Of a DNA stretch of 64,000 nucleotides, positions 58,988 to 64,000 are shown in pieces. A program made the position numbers and the translations under genes. How positions within the stretch are numbered: the stretch's first letter is position 1; the number at the start of each line of letters is the position of its first letter. Under the pieces are notes generated by a model, which worked only from the letters and a program-made list of their open reading frames with translations, searched no databases and was not told where the DNA came from. The stretch is from a virus: positions 6,185-70,184 of the IMG/VR virus record IMGVR_UViG_3300042934_000727, one strand, 5' to 3'.

Positions 58988-59242
58988 ATGAAGGCACTGT
59001 TCGACTCCGCCGTGCGGACGTTTGTCCCCATCGTCGTCGGAGGCATCATCACCTGGTTCGTCAGCGCCGGGATCGCGCTCGACTCCGAGTTCGAGGGGCT
59101 GCTGACGAACGTCATCTTCGGCCTCGCGACCGGCGCGTACTACATCGGTGCACGCCTGCTCGAGACGTACGTCGAACCGCGGTTCGGCTGGCTGCTCGGC
59201 CTCGCGAAGCAGCCCGTATACGCCAAGGAGGTCGCTTCCTGA
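58988..59242 (+). CDS. Holin
   Basis: 84 aa, two TMs, VRTFVP...GWLLG...P pattern of actinophage holins. Confidence 0.75.
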   Translation: MKALFDSAVRTFVPIVVGGIITWFVSAGIALDSEFEGLLTNVIFGLATGAYYIGARLLETYVEPRFGWLLGLAKQPVYAKEVAS

Positions 59243-59303
59243 CGCGCCCCTTGGATGTGCAGCAGTAGCTAGCTAATCCGAGGGGAGCGTGATCCGCATC
59301 TCC

Positions 59304-59346
59304 CGAGAGCCCCGGCCCCGCATCAGCGGGCGTGCCGGGGCTCTCG
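59304..59346. terminator. Hairpin between convergent late and early operons
   Basis: 13-bp stem cgagagccccggc/gccggggctctcg; operator GTAGCTAGCTAA nearby at 59265-59276. Confidence 0.7.
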
Positions 59347-59351
59347 TGGGT

Positions 59352-59770
59352 TCAGATGCCGTTGGGACTGAAGCCGACGGTGGGGCGATGGAAGTCGTGC
59401 TCCACCCATCCCCGCTCCGTTTCCGCGCCGCGCGCCTCGTCGACGTGCGGCTGGGCGTCCTCCCCCATGTCGTGCCGGTGCGCCTGCCGCCACTCGAGCA
59501 CACGCCGGCGACGCAGCGTGACGATCATGGCGTTGCAGCTGCAGCGCTCGATCATGGCCGACTCGCCCCTGAGGGGCCTCGCGGCGGCCGGATGCGGCCA
59601 TCCCGCACCGCGCAGCTGAACTCTCGATGGTAGGCGATCTCCCAGAGGGGCATCTGGGGCGCCCCGGCGAATCCGAACGGCGTCAGGTTCGGTCGCATCC
59701 GCTTCCGAGCCATGACCTCTCGCGCGGTGACGATGCCGCGGCGGATCTGGCGCGCGTGCCGGGCCCTCAT
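59352..59770 (-). CDS. Two small hypothetical genes (59352-59555, 59552-59770)
   Basis: ATGA-coupled ORFs. Confidence 0.55.
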
Positions 59771-60279
59771 GCCGCCACCGGCCGCGGCGGCCAGAACCGC
59801 TTCATCGTCGGGACGTGGCGTCGCTTCCGCAGCGAGACCACAATGTGCGTGATGGCGTCGTTCGAGTCGTCGTTCTCGGTCCCGGCCTTGAACATGCCGT
59901 GCCGCTCGAGGAAGTCGAACCTCACGCGCTGCCGCTGCGCCTTCGTCTTCGCCGCCGGCGGGTAGCCGACGAGCTCCCCCTTGCTGAAGCGGGTCTGGAC
60001 GATGAGACGGGCGCCGATCTTGCGGGCCCACCAGGCGAGCACTCCCTCGATCGGGATGCCGACGAAGTCCGCTCCGTCCGCCTCCTCGTCGTAGAGGAAC
60101 TTCTCGTAGACGATCTCGTCCGGGATCTCGCAGACGCCGCTCTCGAGCCAGTCGATGAAGCCTTCGACCCCGTTGTGCACCTGCCACCGGTCGAGGATCT
60201 GGACGGGCGTCGTGGCGTCGTAGTAGGCGAGCGCGACGCCGGTGTTGCCGCCGGGGTCTACCCCGAGGATGAGGGTCAT
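59767..60279 (-). CDS. RuvC-like Holliday junction resolvase
   Basis: ILGVDPGGNTG, IVYEKF, DSNDAITH acidic catalytic motifs. Confidence 0.8.
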   Translation of the reverse strand: MTLILGVDPGGNTGVALAYYDATTPVQILDRWQVHNGVEGFIDWLESGVCEIPDEIVYEKFLYDEEADGADFVGIPIEGVLAWWARKIGARLIVQTRFSKGELVGYPPAAKTKAQRQRVRFDFLERHGMFKAGTENDDSNDAITHIVVSLRKRRHVPTMKRFWPPRPVAA

Positions 60280-61497
60280 TGCGCGTCTCCCAGCGACTTC
60301 GCGAGGGCCATGTATCCGCTCCTGTGATCCGGGTTGCTGCAGGCGAAGTGGAGGCCGCCGTACGCCTCCTCGACGGCCGCGTGCTGCGCGCGCCCGAGGA
60401 TCAGGCCGAGACGGTCGTGGAGCTTGCCGGCTTCCTCGTAGGTCATGTTGAAGCCGAAGTCCTGACTGTCCACGTTCGAGTAGACGTGAACGCGGTGGGG
60501 CGGCGTGAGGCTGCTGTCGAAGTCGTGGTCCACGTTGATCTCGTTGTCCGGGTCAGCGTGAATCGAGAGCGGGATCGTCTCGTTGGTGCGGTCGACGAGG
60601 CTCACTGGGCCACCTCCGCCAGCTCGAGGCCGTAGTTCGCGCCGCGCTTCACGGCAATCCAGGTGCCTCGCACCATGCCGTGCTCGAGCGTGACCTGCGA
60701 CAGCATGTCCACGAGCCCCTGTCCGAAGAACGGGTACTCCGTGCCGTCGCCCTGGTTGACGAACCAGAAGCGTGCAGCGCTGCGGCCGCGCTCGAGTCGG
60801 TCGAGCTCGAGGGAGGCCTCGAAGGGCTCGTTGGGGCGCCACTCGATCGGGTGACCCCACTCGGTGCTCGCCTCGCCGGGGGCGCCGTAGGTGTACTCGA
60901 GGAGCACGCGGTACGGGATCTGCGTCTGGGTCTCGCGGTCGTATCGGGTGCGGGTGCCGTACGGGACGAGCTTGAGACTGTTCGTCTTCGTCATACCGCC
61001 ATCTCCTGCTTCACGACGCGGGACGGGTCCTTCACGTTGCGGATCTCGCGCCAGGCGCGGAGGCTCAGCGGGCCGGTCGGGAAGGGGATGGTCATCTCGT
61101 CCAGCAGGGCGTCCTCGGCGCTGCCGGCGATCTGGTCGAGCACGTCGTGGAGGTGCTGCTTCCAGAGGGAGACGAGCCGGGAATTGTGGCCGTCGAGCCA
61201 GGTGAGGCGCCGCTCCGTCAGGTCGATGGAGGCGATCAGGTGGCGGCGGAACGCGATGGTCTTCTGGTACACCTCGGCGCTGCAGTTCGGGTCCTCGGCG
61301 CGCTTGGCGATCACGGAGTCGATGTACCAGAGGTGCTCGATCAGGGCGGTGAGCGTCCTGCGGATCACCTCGGGGTCCTGGAAGGGACTGCTGTGGCTCG
61401 CGGTGTACTTCAGGTCGTCGGTGACGACCTCGGCGAAGTCCTCGTCGTCCATCGCGATGAGCTGGGGGGCGGTGTATTCGGCGGTGCTTTCGGTCAT
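60276..61497 (-). CDS. Three hypothetical genes (60276-60605, 60602-60994, 60991-61497)
   Basis: Coupled ORFs. Confidence 0.7.
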
Positions 61498-61518
61498 GGT
61501 CTTGCCTTTCGTTCGGGG

Positions 61519-61731
61519 TCAGTACTGGATGGGGTTCGGGCCGCGGTGGCGGCGGAGGTGGAAGGAGCGGCTGATGAGCTGGTCTCGGGCCCACGCCGCG
61601 AGGTGCTCGCCGTCTTGCGTCACTGAGGACTCGAGGAGGGCACGCTCTTCGTCGCTTAGCGCGATATGCAGACGGTGTGGGCGGGTGCGGCCGCGCTTGT
61701 AGACGCCCCGGCCCCGTGGCCTAGGTGCCAT
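61519..61731 (-). CDS. Ribbon-helix-helix DNA-binding protein
   Basis: RLHIALSDEERALL...LAAWARDQL RHH pattern. Confidence 0.7.
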   Translation of the reverse strand: MAPRPRGRGVYKRGRTRPHRLHIALSDEERALLESSVTQDGEHLAAWARDQLISRSFHLRRHRGPNPIQY

Positions 61732-62434
61732 CGCCCTCACCCCTGATGAGGCGGACGAGCTTCACGGCCTCGCCGAGCCACACGGTGAACTCGGTGCCGG
61801 AGGTGATGACCGGGCGGATGTTCTGCCACGACTTGCCGTCGTTGTAGCGGAGGTCCCGCTCCGTGGCCTCGCGGATCAGGCGGGCGGCGCGCTGCTGGTG
61901 CGCCCATGCGGGCTCGTCCTTGATCTGCTTCAGCGCGTTCGCATCCGGGGCGTAGTCAACGAAGTGTTCGCGGGGTAGGCCGATGGGGTCGGTGACAAGC
62001 GCGCTCTCGAAGGTGAAGCCGCGCCTGCCGGCCGCCGTGACGCCCTCCTTCCACCCAGCCCGGAAGGCGACGTTGGCGCTCGGCTCGACGGCGAGTACCC
62101 ACCAGTAGCGCAGGAAGTGCGCGGGCTTCTTCAGGTCACCCTTGCGGTGCTCGGGCGCCTCTTGGCCCGGCTTCTTCACCGAGTCGGCCAGGCGGTACTC
62201 GTTCGACACCTGCACGAGGCTGAAACCCAGCTCCACGCGCTGCCAGCCGGCGTCTCGCGGCGCCTTCAGCGCCTTCCGCACCGAGGCACCCAGGAACGGT
62301 TCTGCGCCCGCAGGCGGCAGCGAGCGGCGGAGGACGGTCTGCTTCACCGGGGGGATGTTGAATGCGGCGCCGGTCGCCGCCTCCTCGCGAATCTGACGGA
62401 AGTACGCCGCCCAGTTCTCGGACCCCTCAGTCAT
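61721..62434 (-). CDS. Hypothetical protein
   Basis: 237-aa ORF in operon. Confidence 0.7.
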   Translation of the reverse strand: MTEGSENWAAYFRQIREEAATGAAFNIPPVKQTVLRRSLPPAGAEPFLGASVRKALKAPRDAGWQRVELGFSLVQVSNEYRLADSVKKPGQEAPEHRKGDLKKPAHFLRYWWVLAVEPSANVAFRAGWKEGVTAAGRRGFTFESALVTDPIGLPREHFVDYAPDANALKQIKDEPAWAHQQRAARLIREATERDLRYNDGKSWQNIRPVITSGTEFTVWLGEAVKLVRLIRGEGDGT

Positions 62435-62813
62435 CGGACACCAGCTGTGCGAGCCGGTCGGGCTCCTCGACGTAGATCAGCTTCGTGCCGGCGCCCATGA
62501 GCGCCTGCAGCCACATCTCCTCGGTGAACGACCCGGGCGTGCGCGGGGGCGCGGTGAGGGTGAAGGAGAGCGCGCTCTTGATGCTCTCGTACCGCTCTGC
62601 GTTCTCGGGCTTGATGACGACGTGCTCGCTGTAGAACGGCGCCGGCTCCCCGAAGCACATGATGCGGCCGGGAGACCCGGGCACCGCGGGGACCATCTCG
62701 ATCAGGTAGGGCAGGTTCAGCTCGCCCTTCGCCTGACGGATCATCGCCTTCTGGTCCTGTGTGAGGTGCTCGGGGTGCGGCCAGAGCGGGAGCGGGATGA
62801 CGGTGGCGGTCAT
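62427..62813 (-). CDS. Hypothetical protein
   Basis: ATG at 62813 coupled to upstream stop. Confidence 0.7.
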   Translation of the reverse strand: MTATVIPLPLWPHPEHLTQDQKAMIRQAKGELNLPYLIEMVPAVPGSPGRIMCFGEPAPFYSEHVVIKPENAERYESIKSALSFTLTAPPRTPGSFTEEMWLQALMGAGTKLIYVEEPDRLAQLVSDD

Positions 62814-63202
62814 GCCGCGGCCTCCTTCGCCTTGTTCACTCGCCACTTCACCGACGACCAGGGCTGCTCGAGGATGCGGGCGAGGAAGCCGGAGCTGGTG
62901 CCCATCTCGACGATCAGGGCGGTGAGCTTGGGGTTGGTCTCGTTCTGCTGCTTCAGCAGGAACTCCTCGAGGATCCACTCGAGGGTCTCGGGGTTGAAAC
63001 GGCCGCCGGTGTGGTCGGTCTTCTCGACGCGCTGCCGGGCGTAGAAGCGCGAGACGCGGGCGAGGGCCGAGATGTGGCTCAGCGACCAGATGCCGTGCTC
63101 GGCGAGCAGGCGCACAGCTTCGGCCTTCTGGAACTCGTCGAAGCCGGCGCTGCGCCTGTAGATGTCGAGCGCCTCGCGGATCGCTCGCTGGTTGTCAGCC
63201 AT
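62810..63202 (-). CDS. Putative HTH DNA-binding protein
   Basis: WSLSHISALARVS and TSSGFLARILEQPWSSV HTH-like segments. Confidence 0.6.
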   Translation of the reverse strand: MADNQRAIREALDIYRRSAGFDEFQKAEAVRLLAEHGIWSLSHISALARVSRFYARQRVEKTDHTGGRFNPETLEWILEEFLLKQQNETNPKLTALIVEMGTSSGFLARILEQPWSSVKWRVNKAKEAAA

Positions 63203-64000
63203 TGGTCAGAACTCCTTTCAAGCGCACGGTCTCGACGCCGCTCTCTGCCTTGCGCTCGACACGCCCCTGGGCGACGAGCTCCTCGATGAGGTCGATGACA
63301 TCTCGCCTTCGGTTCTTGAAGCGGGCGAGACGGTGGATGGCGGCGAGCGGCATGTGCCCGCCGTGGGCGATGACGGCCTGCTCGATCGCGTTGACCTCGC
63401 GGGTGCGGAGGGACTCGTCGGTCAGCTCGACCATGGTCAGCGTGTTGGTGGCCCACTCCTCCGCCTGCTCGAGCGCGATGAGCATGTCGTCCATGCTCAT
63501 CTGCAGGCGTCCGTCCGAGAGAGCGACGAGCGCGGCGCAGCGCATGACGGTCTCGCGGAGGCGGCGGAAGGTGGGCTTCAGCCTGTCGGTGTAGGTCGGG
63601 TGCTGTAGCGCGATCTTGGTGAGGGCGCGCTTGAACTCGCCGTGTCGGGCGATGACATCGCGCGGGATCTTCATGCGGTTGGGCTTGCCGTCGGCGCGGG
63701 AGATCGCCTGGATGGCGCTGCCGAACTCACTGGCCCACTGCTGGTACATCAGGGCGCCGGATGCGACCTCAGGGGTCTCCTCGTCGATCTCTCCGTCGTG
63801 GAGGTAGTCGTCGTCGCCGTCGTCCTCGGTCGGCAGCGCGCCGATGGCCCAGACGAATCGGTTGAGGAAGCCGGACTCCCAGTCGTCGGGGCTCATCACG
63901 TCGGTCATCCCTCGCGGGGTGCCCATGAAGTGCGCCGTCATGAACGCGCGCGCGCTCTTGCCGCTGATCTCCTTCTTCGTCGCACGGTAGACCGCGCCCA
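63195..64000 (-). CDS. C-terminal part of primase/helicase-associated protein (DUF3987-like); runs off window
   Basis: Frame open to window edge; SGFLNRFVW motif; C-terminal winged helix-like segment. Confidence 0.6.
   Translation of the reverse strand, partial: GAVYRATKKEISGKSARAFMTAHFMGTPRGMTDVMSPDDWESGFLNRFVWAIGALPTEDDGDDDYLHDGEIDEETPEVASGALMYQQWASEFGSAIQAISRADGKPNRMKIPRDVIARHGEFKRALTKIALQHPTYTDRLKPTFRRLRETVMRCAALVALSDGRLQMSMDDMLIALEQAEEWATNTLTMVELTDESLRTREVNAIEQAVIAHGGHMPLAAIHRLARFKNRRRDVIDLIEELVAQGRVERKAESGVETVRLKGVLTNG

Overview
A high-GC, actinobacteriophage-like siphovirus genome. A Microbacteriaceae-type host is inferred from gene content only. The contig looks circularly permuted. 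A leftward early/replication operon runs from a promoter at ~13.4 kb down through position 1 (SF2 helicase, PNK, RNA ligase) and probably continues from 64000 down to ~59.3 kb (primase-associated protein, RuvC). A low-complexity, promoter-rich divergence zone lies at 13.4-16.5 kb. Rightward genes follow: nucleotide metabolism, a stand-alone DGQHR/DndB-family gene, then packaging, head, tail and lysis genes. A ~4.5 kb module (intact attP matching the 3' half of tRNA-Thr(CGT), tyrosine integrase, excisionase, C5 DNA methyltransferase, small ORFs) sits inside the virion operon, between head and tail genes. Two genome-wide motifs stand out. The first is a 12-bp palindrome, TTAKCTAGMTAA (~18 copies), which overlaps early and xis promoters like a repressor-operator network; no classical repressor is visible. 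The second is a TAGACTCCGC late-promoter motif (~10 copies), mostly in front of leaderless genes. One copy precedes a 3-hairpin candidate small RNA and another a 19-aa uORF coupled to the tape measure gene. Functions come from reading motifs by eye; no database searches were run.
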